Of a stretch of DNA of 64,000 bases, positions 1 through 13,892 are shown one piece after another (position 1 is the stretch's first letter; each line of letters starts with the position of its first letter). Below the pieces are notes generated by a model. That model did no database searches and was not told the origin of the DNA. It was given only the letters and a program-made list of their open reading frames with translations. Origin of the DNA: the human T2T-CHM13v2.0 reference genome, Homo sapiens; NCBI RefSeq assembly GCF_009914755.1, contig NC_060946.1; one strand, written 5' to 3'. Both the position numbers and the translations under genes were made by a program.

Positions 1-720
1 CCAGCAGGTGTGCCAAGGCTGGCAGGGTGGCTGCAGCAGGCGGATGAGTACTTTGCATGTGACATTTGCAGGGGAGGGAACCTTGGGTAGTGCCCTGTGT
101 CAGAACAGGGTCTCACCCTTAAAAGGCGGAGCAAAGCCTGTCTTATCACACAGTCCTCCATGTAGTCACAATACATACCAGCCAGAGTGATGTGTGTAAT
201 GGAACGTTACCTGCAAGAAACAGGGCACAAAATTTCCTGTGTGCACGTGGTTGACGCGTGAAGATAGCATCTAGGAAGGCGCAGAGAACAGAAAACAGGC
301 CATGCGGCACCTCCCTTTCCTAAAGACCGTTTACAAAGGTGCTGGCATTGCGAGTTCCTGCGTTCATCATTCATGTAATACCAATTAGTGCCTCCCACAC
401 TACAGTTCACAAAAGGCTGCCAAGCCCGGTGCTTGCTACCGTGCAGACCTGCAGCCAGTGGTCCCGGCCATGGCCCTGACAGGCTTCCAGAACTCTGCAG
501 CTGACTCCCGGCCTGGAAATCTTACCCTAGGAACTGCCACAAAGTGAAAATTTCGTGGAACTGAATAGAGGTGGTGGTGGTTGTATTCAGTATTACAGGT
601 GTACCAAATGCCACTGAATTATACATGGTAAAATGGTTAGTTTTATTTTATGTGACTTTCGCCTCAACTTTTTTTAAAAAGAACCACCACCACTTGCTGA
701 GTGTTTATTTTGGGCCCGTA

Positions 721-768
721 CCGTGCTGATACCTTGCCGTGCTGATACCTTACTGTGCTGGTACCTTG
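721..768. repeat. 16-bp tandem repeat, 3 copies
   Basis: CCGTGCTGATACCTTG / CCGTGCTGATACCTTA / CTGTGCTGGTACCTTG. Confidence 0.9.
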
Positions 769-1065
769 CATGAATCATCACCTCTCTTTGGGGTAGTTCT
801 GCTGGGTGGCTCGGCATCGGTCCCTTCTGTGGGTGCCTCAGAAGGGTACAGGAGGGCCAGGTGACCTGTTAGTAATGGAGCGTTTGCTTCCTAGGTAAAG
901 AAGCTCTCTGTGAGATTCTAGAGGAACCTGGTTACAGGGGATGCCTCTAGGAAGAGGGGGCTGGGGCAGGGGACAGAGATAGATTTACCTAGCTCCATTG
1001 TATACCACTTGAGAACTTTTACATTTTGTATCCTGTGAATGGTTACCAACTCAAAAGATAATTCT

Positions 1066-1367
1066 TTTTTGCTTGTTTGTTTGTTTGTTTTGGAGATGGA
1101 GTTTCGCTCTCGTTGTCCAGGCTGGAGTGTGATGGCTCAATCTCTTTGCAACCTCCGCCTCCTGGGATCAAACGATTCTCCTGCCTCAGCCTCCCAAGTA
1201 GCCAGGATTACAGGCATGTGCCACCATGCCCAGCTACTTTTTTGTAGTTAGTAAAGACGGGGCTTCACCATGTTGGTCAGGCTGGTCTCAACTCCTGACC
1301 TCAGGTGATCCACCCACCTCAGCCTCCCAAAGTGCTGGGATTACAGGCGTGAGCCACCGCGCCCAGC
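1066..1367 (-). mobile_element. AluS
   Basis: Full Alu with TSD TCAAAAGATAATTCT. Confidence 0.95.
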
Positions 1368-1757
1368 TCAAAAGATAATTCTAAAGTCAAGGGAGAACAT
1401 CTTATCTACAGAAATGAAGCAAAGCACTGTCTCCATATTGTCATGTCAGGAATAAGCACACGGAGGCCCACCTAGATTCCCCTCTGGTGCATCCCTTTGG
1501 TGCACTCAGAGTCATGGTTTCCTCATCCATTGAAGAGCAGAGGTACTCCGGCCTCAGTGGCTACAAGAATCTAGTGACGATGGGACAATGTGTATAGAGC
1601 AGTCTCACACAGGGCCAGGCCCTGTGCCCAGGAAGTGTCTGTCATCTTCCTCCTCCCCATCTCATCCGGCCCTGCACCCCCCTCCTCTCCCACCCACGGT
1701 TTGAGTTTACCCATTCAGGACCCCCTCATGACTTTATGACTCCTGGTTTCTTCTCAG

Positions 1758-1842
1758 AGAAAGCCACAGATGGCTCCCTGCAGAGCGAGGACTGGGCCCT
1801 CAACATGGAGATCTGCGACATCATCAACGAGACGGAGGAAGG
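1758..1842 (+). CDS. TOM1: TOM1 coding exon 2 (VHS domain, [29 protein letters not shown])
   Basis: ttctcag acceptor, gtaagg donor, 85 nt; translation matches the TOM1 N-terminus as recalled. Confidence 0.97.
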
Positions 1843-4716
1843 GTAAGGGCCCCCCAAGGAGAGGTTGGGGGCAGAGACGGCCATCCCACCACGCAGCACA
1901 CTCCTGCACCCTTCCAGGGAGCCCCTGCCCCAGCCCCATTGCTGCCATAGCCACCAAGTCTGACCCAACCCGCTTGGCTGCAGAGGCCATCTGAGCCCCT
2001 AGTACCTGAGCCCCATCCAAGGTAGGAATTCACAGCTGGCCCCTGGGGGCTGCCACCCCACCCCGCCTCTCTTAGTGGCAGCCCAGATTCCACACGGATC
2101 TGGAAGCCCAGCCTTGTGTGCAGCATCTGCCTAGGATGAGGCAAGCTGGAGACTCTTAATCAGAAGTTGACCCCAAGCGCCATCTGCATTCTGCAGGCGG
2201 GAGTGTGTACTAGAGAGACTCCGGCTTTTCTGCGAGCAAAAACAGACTTCCATTTCCTTAAGATTTGAAACCAGCCTGGAGGGTAAGGGAGATCACAAGG
2301 ATGGCAGGGAAAGTGAAGCTGAACCGTGAGCCTGAACAGCACTGGCGTTTGCCGGGCGTTTCTGGTGTTGGGGTCACGGTATCGTCTTGCTCAGTGCCAA
2401 GGAGCCCTGCCAAGGCACATGGTGTGGGGGAAGGATTGGGGTCTTGGCCTCCAATGTCTGACTCGTTGTCACTGACCAGCCGTGTGACCTTCGGAAGTCA
2501 CTTTACCTCTCTAGGTCTTTGTCCTCGAAGGTGCTCTGTTAGATCCTTCCAGCAATAAGCCCGAGTCCCTGGAGGGAGCAGAAAGGGGATGCGAGGGTCC
2601 CTGTCCTCTCAGGAAAACCCAGCGAAGGCTGGGCAGAGGTGTGGGAGCCGTGGGCAGCAGGAAGTGCTGCCAGACGAGGCCTCCATCCTGAGAAATCAGT
2701 GTGGACCCTCCTTTCCCTCTCCAGTTCTCACTGGGATCATCCAGCTCTCCCGCGGCCAGTGCAGGGTTCCTCTCAGCCCGGGAGGGCTTTGCGTGGAGAG
2801 GCGCAGGCTGGATGCAGGTGGAGGGCAGGGAGTGCCCAGCTCTGAGCTGGAGGGAGGCTGTGGGCATCTGAGTCACACAGTCAAGGCCCAGTCAGGAGAG
2901 GGCAGTGGCTGCCAGGAACCTGCCGGTGTCTTCCTCAGCCCTGCTCCCTGATCTTGCCAAGGACTCATGAGAGTGAGGGTGAGGGAAGGAGTGGTGGGCA
3001 GAGGTCAGAAGAAAGAAAGCAGGAGGCAGAAAACCTCACCAAGCCTCTAGACAGGCCTGGGAGCTTCATGGACGTCGCAGCTGCAAGTCACTGCAGTATC
3101 CTTGGGGACAGCAAGCCCCCATGTCCCTTATAAACATGGGAGGAACAGGCTCGGCGTCGGTCAGGTGCATTGCTATTTATTTGAGCACTTTGTGTGTTCC
3201 AGGCAACACAGGAGGCACTAGGGACCCAGCAGTGATCAAAGGCAGGCATGACCCTTGACCTCACCAAGCATGGCACCTAAACTTAGCCTCGTTGCTAAAG
3301 TGTCTCCCCCACTGGGTTGTGGCCTCCTTGTCATACACTTTGTGCTCCCAGCAGAGTACCGGACATCATGGGCCCACAGCAGTGGCAAGGCCAGAACTTC
3401 CGATTCCCAGTGCTTCCCTCTAGGGAGAGAAGGCGTCCAACAAGGACGCTGTCCCTGCGCTCTAGGAGGCTTCTTCTCTCCCAGGGTGGGCCCCCAGGTC
3501 AGTGGCGCATGGCGGAACATGCCAGGGAATGATTCTGATTCCCTTGTGTCTAGGCCACCCTAGAAGAGGTGGAAAGAAGTCACTATAAAGCGCTGAAGTA
3601 GCCCGTGGGTCAGTGGCCAGGCCAAGACCAGGAGCCAGGGACGGGCGAGGGGCTGCCCAGGGAGGCAAGGGTTGGAAACTGCTCTCAGGCTTCTGGGCCA
3701 GGACCCCCCTTGGTGGGCCACCATCCCTTTCCCCACCGTGTCCCTTCCACCGCAGGCCTGACCGCCTCCATAGCTCTAGCCCCCAGGCAGGCTCTGTCCC
3801 TAGGAAGCCTTGCCTCTGCCTTCACTCCTGCTGAGAACCAGTGCCAGGGTTCCAGGCTCTCCTGCCTTAGTCCTGGATGGGGTCAGCACTGACAGCCAGG
3901 CAGACAGCCGGATGGGTCCCAGTGGCCACTGGCCAGGCTGAGAAATGTTACTTGTGCTTCAGTAGTGTGATGGGCTCTAGGAAGGGAAGCTGTCCAAAGA
4001 GAACACCATCCCTGCCCTCTAGCAAGCTTCTTCTCTACCCAGGGTGGGCCCCCAGTTCAATGTGGCATGGCAGAACAGGCCAGGGAGACTGGAGGACCTG
4101 GGAAAGTGTTGTGGAAGGGGTGGATTTTAGCTGAGGCTTCACCTCATGGATGTGGAGGTCAGGAGCCTTCAGGGTGCAAGTGGGGGCCCTGCACAAAGGC
4201 TTTTAGACAAGAGCAGTCAGGGCAGCACTGAGTATACCTGTATAGGGCCGAGGGTGGAGGATGGTGGGAATCACAGAGGGGACAGGGAGAGCAGGCTGGC
4301 ACCCCAGCTTCCAGGGGCCTCCCAACACCGTGACCCCTAGGCTTCTTCAGCCCTCCCCGACCTCCCCCACACTCAGTGTGGCCTCCTCTTAGTTCCTCCA
4401 AGGCATCAAGCTCCTCTGCACCCAAGACCTTGGTCCAGGCTCTGACCTTGACCCAAACTGCTCTGCCCCCACTCCCCCCAGGTGGTCCTTCCCATCTTTC
4501 AAGGCCCAACTACAAGACCACCCCCTCGGAGGTCTTTTCTGACCACCCCCATCCTCACCTCTGCTCTTTTTCCAGGACCTGCTTATTCCTTGCTCTTCTT
4601 TGGATCTCCCCGCAAGGTGGGGAGGAGGCAGGGCCATATGGTCTTGTTTGCCACTGTGTCCCCAGCACCTAGCATGGTGCTACATACATATTGGGTGCTT
4701 AATAAGAGTTGAATGG

Positions 4717-5080
4717 GCCAGACATGGTGGCTCACACTGGTAGTCTCAGCGTTTTGGGAGGCTGAGGCAGGAGGATCACTTGAGCCCAGGAGTTCCGGGC
4801 TACAGCGAGCTGTGATTGCACCACTGCACTCCAGCCTGGGCGACAGAGTGAGACTCTGTCTCAGAAGGAAAAAAAAAAAAAAAAAAAAAAAAAAAACTTG
4901 AATGGAAGGGTAAATGGACAGATAGAGCAGCTGGCCAGGACGGGGCATCAGAACACTATGCTAGCTGGGCTCAGGGACTCATGCCTGTAATCACAACATA
5001 TTGGGAGGCCGAGGTGGGAGAATCATTTGAGCCCAGGAGTTTGAGACCAGCCTGGGCAACATAGCAAGACCCCATCTCTA
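4717..5080 (+). mobile_element. Two Alu monomers (FRAM/FAM-like 4717-4896; FLAM-like 4963-5080)
   Basis: Monomer-length Alu homology, the first with an A tail. Confidence 0.8.
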
Positions 5081-5117
5081 TTTTTGTAATGAAAACATTA
5101 TGCCTCCAGGTTATTTG

Positions 5118-5685
<568 letters not shown>

Positions 5686-5853
5686 AGCAATGGGCTAGGA
5701 AGATTCTGATGTGATCAGAACCTGGCTGGATACACAAAACAGGTGGGGCACAGGGAGGATGGGCCAATAAGAACTGTTCCAACTCTCCAGGGTCTCTGGT
5801 GTTAGGTAAGGGGGCTCTATTCCTAAGCCCACCCTTTTTCTTGTCCTCCTTAG

Positions 5854-5932
5854 TCCCAAAGATGCCCTCCGAGCAGTAAAGAAGAGAATCGTGGGGAATA
5901 AGAACTTCCACGAGGTGATGCTGGCTCTCACA
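5854..5932 (+). CDS. TOM1: TOM1 exon 3 ([26 protein letters not shown])
   Basis: Pyrimidine tract plus tag acceptor, gtgagt donor, 79 nt, phase compatible with exon 2. Confidence 0.97.
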
Positions 5933-6922
5933 GTGAGTGCCCCATCTGTCTGTCCTGTGGCAGGACTACGGTCCACTGAAAGTCACCTCCCCTCAGACCC
6001 AGCAGGACTCCCAGCCTCCTCTGAGCTCCTCATTTGAGAGCTGGAAAGGTCTGTAGGCAACGCACTGTCCTGTCTACACTGCAGGCGGATGCAGAATGGC
6101 AAGAGGCCATTTGGAAAGGTTCTCCCCAATCCCCCAGCATGGGAACAGACGCTTACATCACTCCAGAACCACTGGCAGGGAGAGCCTGGGCCAAAGGACC
6201 TGTGGGTGACATTGAAGCTCAGTAAACCCAGGCCTCCGCGGGGGCAGGGAGGCCGGCTGACTGAGTTGGGTGCTGCTCGGCACTTTGGTGCTCTGGCAAA
6301 TGAATGTAAAATAAATACCAGTGGCTGAGAACAGTCTTGCCCACACCACTGAACCAGCCCAGATCTCAGGGCGGCCAGACACACGTGGGCCTCCTAGCCG
6401 TCAGCATGGGTTTGGCTGGGGAAGATATAAATGCTGTCCCACCCTCCTCCACAAGCAGCATTTATATCCAGGTGAATTGGCTTAAGCAAAAAGCAAAGGC
6501 AATTCCTGCAGTGGGAAGTGGAGAGTGGGGAGGGAAGTTCAGTGCCTTTTCCCTGGGCCACAGGCTCACCAGTCGATTGACATCTCAGATGCTCCTTGAT
6601 TTCCTCTTGGAGAGCCCCTTCTCTCTAGACCATGTTTAGCTCAGAGACAGCATTGGGATTCTGCGTGCACTGACGCCAGTCAGGGAAGGAAGTCCAGCCC
6701 ACACACCATACCTCTGCCCACCCTAGGCCGTGCCCTCCAGTAAACAAGTCCCCCAGTCCTGGCATTGTCCCAGTCCTCCACATTCAAGGGTCTCACTCCA
6801 GGAAGTCCCATCTCCTCTCCCGGGCCTCCTCTCTGGGACACAGGAGGAGCCACGAGGGTGGGGGTTCTGAGCACCTCCTCTCCTCTGACCAAGGTGCTCG
6901 ACGGCACCTCTCGGCCCTCCAG

Positions 6923-7072
6923 GTCTTAGAAACCTGTGTCAAGAACTGCGGGCACCGCTTCCACGTGCTGGTGGCCAGCCAGGACTTCGTGGAGAGTGTG
7001 CTGGTGAGGACCATCCTGCCCAAGAACAACCCACCCACCATCGTGCATGACAAAGTGCTCAACCTCATCCAG
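6923..7072 (+). CDS. TOM1: TOM1 exon 4 ([14 protein letters not shown]...VLNLIQ)
   Basis: ccctccag acceptor, gtgagt donor, 150 nt; VHS signature LETCVKNCG. Confidence 0.97.
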
Positions 7073-7390
7073 GTGAGTGCCAGGACAGGGCAGGGCACGG
7101 CCAGGAAGAGCTGTCAGTGCAGGAGCTTCCTGCCCAGTGGAGAGTCGAGGCCATCGTGTTTGTCCCAGGCTCCGCTTCTCATTTCGGGGCGTCTCGGTTG
7201 TCGGCTGGTGGGATGTTCTGTGGGGAGGGAGGCTTGCCAACTGCGTGCTTTGCTGTGGAGTGGGCAGGGCAGATGTAGTTAAAAAAAAAAAAAAAGCAGG
7301 GAAAGAATGTCTGTTCTCTGTCTGAGTGCCAGGTGGGCAGGCTCACAGGTGAGCTGTGGTTACCGGCTGTGTCCCCTTGTCCCCTCTCAG

Positions 7391-7525
7391 TCCTGGGCTG
7401 ACGCGTTCCGCAGCTCGCCCGATCTGACAGGTGTGGTCACCATCTATGAGGACCTGCGGAGGAAAGGCCTGGAGTTCCCCATGACTGACCTGGACATGCT
7501 GTCACCCATCCACACACCCCAGAGG
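7391..7525 (+). CDS. TOM1: TOM1 exon 5 ([12 protein letters not shown]...[19 protein letters not shown])
   Basis: ctctcag acceptor, gtgaga donor, 135 nt; end of the VHS domain. Confidence 0.97.
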
Positions 7526-7662
7526 GTGAGAGAACTGCCGTACCGGGAACCAAGGGAAGGGAGGCAGGACTCATCCCCAGAGACATCACCAGGCTGGCCC
7601 CTGACTTCCTGGGCTCTTGATGTTCCCAGGAGCCCTCACTGATCCTGTTTTCCTCCCACTAG

Positions 7663-7809
7663 ACCGTGTTCAACTCAGAGACACAATCAGGACAGGATTC
7701 TGTGGGCACTGACTCCAGCCAGCAAGAGGACTCTGGCCAGCATGCTGCCCCTCTGCCCGCCCCGCCCATACTCTCCGGTGACACGCCCATAGCACCAACC
7801 CCGGAACAG
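7663..7809 (+). CDS. TOM1: TOM1 exon 6 (VHS-GAT linker, TVFNSETQ...PTPEQ)
   Basis: cccactag acceptor, gtaaac donor, 147 nt, phase 0. Confidence 0.96.
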
Positions 7810-8194
7810 GTAAACGAGCCTGGGGTCAGAACCGTCAGGTCCAGGCAGGTGGGCCACACACGTCAGGGAGGGCCCCCTGTCAGAATTTACCATCCACGGA
7901 GCCTCCACTTCTTCCTCACAGCAGCCCACAGGGTATGTGTGGTTCTTCCTGTTTGAGCGATGAGACTCAGAGAGGTCCATTCACTTGCCCAGAGCACACA
8001 GTCATCAGAGACAGTTGGGATCCAAGCTCACGTCTGTCTGACTCCTGGCAGGCACTGCCCTGTACCTTGGCCATTTTCCAACCTGTGTTTTCTGCGGGGC
8101 CCTCCAACAGCACCATGGAGAGGTGTCCTGTACGCAGCCCCTTCAGGCCAGCTCCACCTGTGTGGTTTCTTACACACTCACAGCTTTCATTTGA

Positions 8195-8745
<551 letters not shown>

Positions 8746-9318
8746 AGAAGGTTTGAGGCTTAGTATGAGATTCTAGGGGACAGGTTTTCCCAGCCCTCTG
8801 ACTAGCTTTGAAGGATTACCCACCTCAGAGCAGGTGGCACCCTGGGCATGTCACTTCCTTCCTCCTCATGGCCCACTGGGCCATGAGCTGCTTGTGGAGT
8901 GCCATGGCTGCTGTATCTGCTGAGTGACTTCTACAGCCATGACCAGCTCGTAGAGCTGGGGGCTTGTCATTCTAGACTTTTGGCTGCTGGGGTGGGGGCA
9001 GAGGCCTGCACACTGTGGAGACACCCACGTTAAAGGTGTTGTACACACATCAGGCCCATCACATCCGCGGAGCGTAAAGGTGGAGCTGCTGAGTGTGCTG
9101 GTGAGTTAGACACGGATGTGTGATGGAAAGAAAAGTGAAGCTTAACTTTCCCAATAAGCGTCCCCACTGCCCACTTTTTGTATCATTTGAACTCATTCTC
9201 ACCCTAACCTATTTGAAGAGAAACTTCCATGATTTGTTTTCTCATAGCAAGTTATGAAATCACCCCTCAGAGTTACAGATATTACTAGAAAATTTTGCTA
9301 ACTGGACAAAATTATTAA

Positions 9319-9553
9319 CGCACTGCCCGTTTGCCCCAAGAATACTCTTGTCTCTAATCCTAATGTAACCTCATATACATTTCTGTTACGTTAGGATTGG
9401 AGACAAGTTCTGTTTAGAAATAACTCCAAGAACAGTTTTTATGTTTTATTTTCATGTTGAAAATCAGTCAGGTTTACTTCAGCCTCAAAGAGCATGTTTA
9501 TGTAAAATTAAATGAGTGCTGACAGCGAGCTGCACTTTTTTTTTCTGAGTGGG
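9319..9553 (+). mobile_element. MER75B-like non-autonomous piggyBac element
   Basis: TTAA target sites at 9315-9318 and 9554-9557; CCCGTTTGCCCC 5' end; MER75-type 3' half; internal inverted repeat. Confidence 0.85.
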
Positions 9554-10490
9554 TTAAAGGTGTGTAAAAAATTGTAAAACCACCTTGTGATTGTCTAACT
9601 CAGTTATGATTTTAACCAATTTTCTGAAGTCTAGCATCTGTGTGGATTAAGACGCTAATTACTTCCAATGCAAGAAGGTGCTTGCTAAACAAAACTAATC
9701 TTTGTTTAATTCGAGAGTCCCCTTTTGTCTCTTGGGACATGTTAAGACATCAGGTGTGCAGTGATGTTACTCCCAGACTCCTCTGTAATTAAGTCCCATC
9801 TGATTTGGATACATGGGGTTTGTGATCAGTAGTTTTTCCACTCACTCATACCAAGAGTGTTCATTAAGTAAGCCAAATAGATCAAACATTTTGCAGGTTT
9901 TGGAAGGTGTCAGTGAACCATAGTGGATATACTACTAGTCTCTACACTCCATTTCTTCATCTATAAAAGCAGGGATATTGATGTCTACCATGGTAAAAAA
10001 TTAAGTTAGCAATATATGTTCAATGCTTGGCACTTATTAGGTAGTCTATAAATGGTAGCTGCTGTCACAATCATGAATGTATATAGTGACACTCTGAAAT
10101 CAACTATAACTCAGCCACATGATTTAGAATGTACCAGCATTTCTCAAAACATAAAAAGGTTCTTCAGTCAAATAAATCTTAGAAGCTTTCAGACTGATCT
10201 TTTCCCAGGCATTCCCAGTGTGCATGAGGGCATTAAACACCCTACAAGGTCCCACAGCATAAGATCCTTATACCAATGGCCTTTCACAAGCTAACCTCTT
10301 TGAGGAGACTGCAGCTTTATTGAAAATGTTTCCCCAAGCCCAACTCCTTGGAACCCTTTGACCATTGAAAACCTGCCCACATCCCTTGGAACAAGTGCTA
10401 AATCTGAGTTTCATATTCAAGGTGGGGTACAGGGCAAGGACTATCCTTAGATGAGCCTGGGACACCAAAATAGACCAGAAACAGGACAAA

Positions 10491-10816
10491 ATCCCAGTCC
10501 ACTAGGAGGAGAAAGAGGGCAGAAGCCCAGTCCACTAGGAGGAGAGAGAGGGTGGAATCCCAGTCCTCTAGGAGGAGAGAGAGAGGACGGAATCCCAGTC
10601 CTCTAGGAGGAGAGAGGGCGGGATCCCAGTCCTCTAGGAGGAGAGAGACGGCGGGATCCCAGTCCTCTAGGAGGAGAGAGGGTGGGATCCCAGTCCTCTA
10701 GGAGGAGAGAGAGGGGGGGATCCCAGTCTTCTAGGAGAGAGGGCGGAATCCCAGTCCTCTAGGAGGAGAGAGAGAGGGCAGAATCCCAGTCCTCTAGTGG
10801 GAGAGAGAGAGAGGGC
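10491..10816. repeat. Minisatellite/VNTR, about 33-bp unit, 10 copies
   Basis: ATCCCAGTCCTCTAGGAGGAGAGAGAGGGCGG-like units start at 10491, 10524, 10557, 10592, 10623, 10656, 10687, 10720, 10748, 10783. Confidence 0.95.
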
Positions 10817-11165
10817 CTGCAGCGTCCCTCCCCGCCTTGTGGGGAGCCACCCTCCAGGGCCTTGTTAGCTGCTGTGTTAGACCCAGGAGATGCTGGAGTC
10901 TTCCAGCCACACGTGGTGGCTCATTCCGGTGTGGAGATGGTAACGGTTGGTAGCGCCTCTGTGAGGGGTCTGTAGAAGGGGTGGGGCAGGCCTCTAGTGC
11001 AGAGCTGTCACTTTGGGAGCCAGGAGGGAGGCTGCCTAGAGAGGCTGCTGGGAGGTCGGCTCCCTGGTGCTGCACCCAGGGTTGGTGGTACTGGGTTCTG
11101 TCGCTGTGAGTAACATGGGCCCCAGAACCCTGGCTTCTCTCACCACGATCAACTGTGTGTTTCAG

Positions 11166-11282
11166 ATTGGGAAGCTGCGCAGTGAGCTGGAGATGGTGAG
11201 TGGGAACGTGAGGGTGATGTCGGAGATGCTGACGGAGCTGGTGCCCACCCAGGCCGAGCCCGCAGACCTGGAGCTGCTGCAG
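11166..11282 (+). CDS. TOM1: TOM1 exon 7 (GAT domain, [11 protein letters not shown]...DLELLQ)
   Basis: tttcag acceptor, gtgagc donor, 117 nt. Confidence 0.97.
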
Positions 11283-11479
11283 GTGAGCAGGTGGCACCAC
11301 CCCCTGGGGCTCAGATGACTCCTGCCCAGCTGCCCACATGCATTCTTTCCCAATCCTCATGACAGTCTTCATGGCTTACTCCATACTCCTTGGTCACAGT
11401 TGGGGACATGTTACCACCAGGGACTTTGGACGCCATCAGATTGGAATCAGATCGCAGCTCTACCACTTTCTGGTTTGAA

Positions 11480-11630
11480 CAAAGTAGCCCCCCTGGCCTC
11501 AGTTTCCTCATCTGTAAGATTGCTCTAACAATAGCCTTCATGGCACAAGTTTGATGTGAGTTAAATAAGGTATTGCATGAAAAACACGCAGGCTTGTGCC
11601 TGGTACAGAGTAAAGCACCCAGTAAGGGGT
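11480..11630. mobile_element. MIR fragment (others near 25000-25250, 28800-28990, 34345-34500, 47870-48000, 62330-62570)
   Basis: MIR core cctcagtttcctcatctgtaa, or its reverse complement ttacagatgagaaaactgag. Confidence 0.7.
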
Positions 11631-12811
11631 CCTGAGAAAAAGCTGGAAGGTGAGATTTACACCATTCAGAATCCGAGACTCAGCAGGCAGGTGTGAGAGG
11701 GTGGTGCCAGCCTTGAGATGCGCCAGCCACTGGTCTTGGGGAGCCAAGGCAGGTGGAGCTAGTGGTTCCTGCTCCCGGGTGTCACATGGTATTCCCACGG
11801 CCCCAGCCCAGATTGGGGGTCACTGGAGCAGAAGGGACACTGAATTTGGCAAAAAGCACCCTCCCCATGGAGGCCAGTCATAGAGGCACCAAGAGAGCTA
11901 GGAATCCCCAAGGCCCAGGAGTCACCAGAATCCATGAGGAGACAGAGCGCTTCGTGTAACTGTTCGAGTTCCTACTGCTCGTCCACCAGGCCTCAGGCTC
12001 CTTGAGGGCAGCGCTGTGTCTTCCTCGCCACCGTGTCTGTGTGCCTGACCGAGCTGACTCTGCAGGGGTCCTCACTTGGTGGTGCAGGGTGGGGAGAAAA
12101 GGAGTAGCCTCAGAGTCCAGTGAATACACAAACTTGAAACCCAGTAAGGGCTCCGAAAGAGAGAAGACTGCGCAGGCAGCCTCGCACGCCCCAAGCCAAG
12201 GCCATGAGATGTGAGCAGTCTGGGGACTCAGAAGGCTGAGCAAGGTGGATGCAGGGACAGCTCCCATGCACTGGGCACTTCCCGTGTCCCGGGCTATATG
12301 TGGACACTTGGTTCACATCGCTCACGTAATCCTGACCACCCCCATTTTCCAGGTCAGGAAATAGGCATAGGGAGATCAGATAACACGTCCAGGGTTATAT
12401 GGCTGGTAAGTAGCAGAGCTGCGATTTGAACCCGGGGGCCTGGCTCCAAGTGCTGCTCTTCTGCTCTTGAGAGGGGCCAGCAGGGAAGCAGAAGCAAAGC
12501 CACCGTGTGCTTGGTCATAAGAGCAGGAGGGGAGCCCACAGGATGTTGAAAGGCACCCGCCCTGTCCCCGTGCTAAGGGCGATGAGGAAATCCCGGAGGC
12601 CTGACCTTGGAGGGGGCAGGGGACAGGGTCCACATGACAGCCAAAATAAACACTGGGCAGTGCCGAGCCTCAGCGTTGCCTCCAGGAGAAAGGCGTGCTG
12701 GCGTGAGGCCACAGTCGGCAATGCCGGGCAGCTCCCTGGACCTCAGGACCCAGGCACCTGCCGTGACCCAGGAACCTTCACCTGGTGGCAGGTACCTGAA
12801 GAAATAATTGA

Positions 12812-13150
<339 letters not shown>

Positions 13151-13199
13151 ATTTTTTTTATTTTTCATAAGTTTAAATATGACACCTAGTGGTTAAAAG

Positions 13200-13465
13200 T
13201 CGGTGACGTGATAACTAAATGCAGTGTAGGATCCTAGAACAAACAAAGGACATTAGAGGAAAAACTAGTGAAACCTGAATAAAGTCCGCAGTTTAGTTAA
13301 TAGTATTTTACCAGTTTTAATGTTTAATGGTAGTTTACCAGTTTTGACAAATGCCAGACTAAGGGGAAGCCAGGGTCAAGGGTATATGGGAACTTGTGGT
13401 ACTATCTTTGCATCTCTTCTGTAAATCTAAAATTATTCCAAAGCTAAAAGTTTGTTTAAAAAGAC
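13200..13465 (+). mobile_element. Old L1 (L1M) 3' fragment
   Basis: AT-rich, with L1MC/MD-like motifs (ggacattagaggaaaaactagtgaa; ctgtaaatctaaaattattcc). Confidence 0.65.
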
Positions 13466-13892
13466 AAAAAATCAGGCAGTGAGAAAAGTGAGGCAAAAAC
13501 TCGAAATCGAGGTTTGTGGCTAATGGTTGCAGTCATCTAGTTCATTCTGTATGCTTTGGTTGCAAAAATCACAGCATACCCCCAGAAGTTGTGGTTTGTT
13601 CAGCCAGCCCCCTTTGCAGACTCAGTTTTTTTTTGACTAAGCAAAGATGGTGGCACAACCTTTATTCTGGAATCTGCACGAAGCCAAGTTAAACCGGCAG
13701 CACAGTTGGACATGTTGATGGTTTCCTGTGGATTAAATTTTAGCATCTAACACTTGGAAGTGAAGTTCAAGTTCATGTTTGTAGAACCCAAAAAGCTGTT
13801 CCGTGGAACCTTGAAGTCCAGTTTGGGCACCTCACCCTCCTCCAAGGCTTGTGCAGGGGCTGGAGGCCCGTGCATTAGAGATGGCCTCACTT

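Noticed and set aside
6891-6922. Possible upstream acceptor for exon 4 (aag at 6891-6893)
   Set aside because: It would add 29 nt and shift the frame; no supporting evidence.
10794-11372. 192-aa minus-strand ORF and similar antisense ORFs over TOM1 exons
   Set aside because: These are shadow ORFs of GC-rich coding sequence with no recognisable domain.
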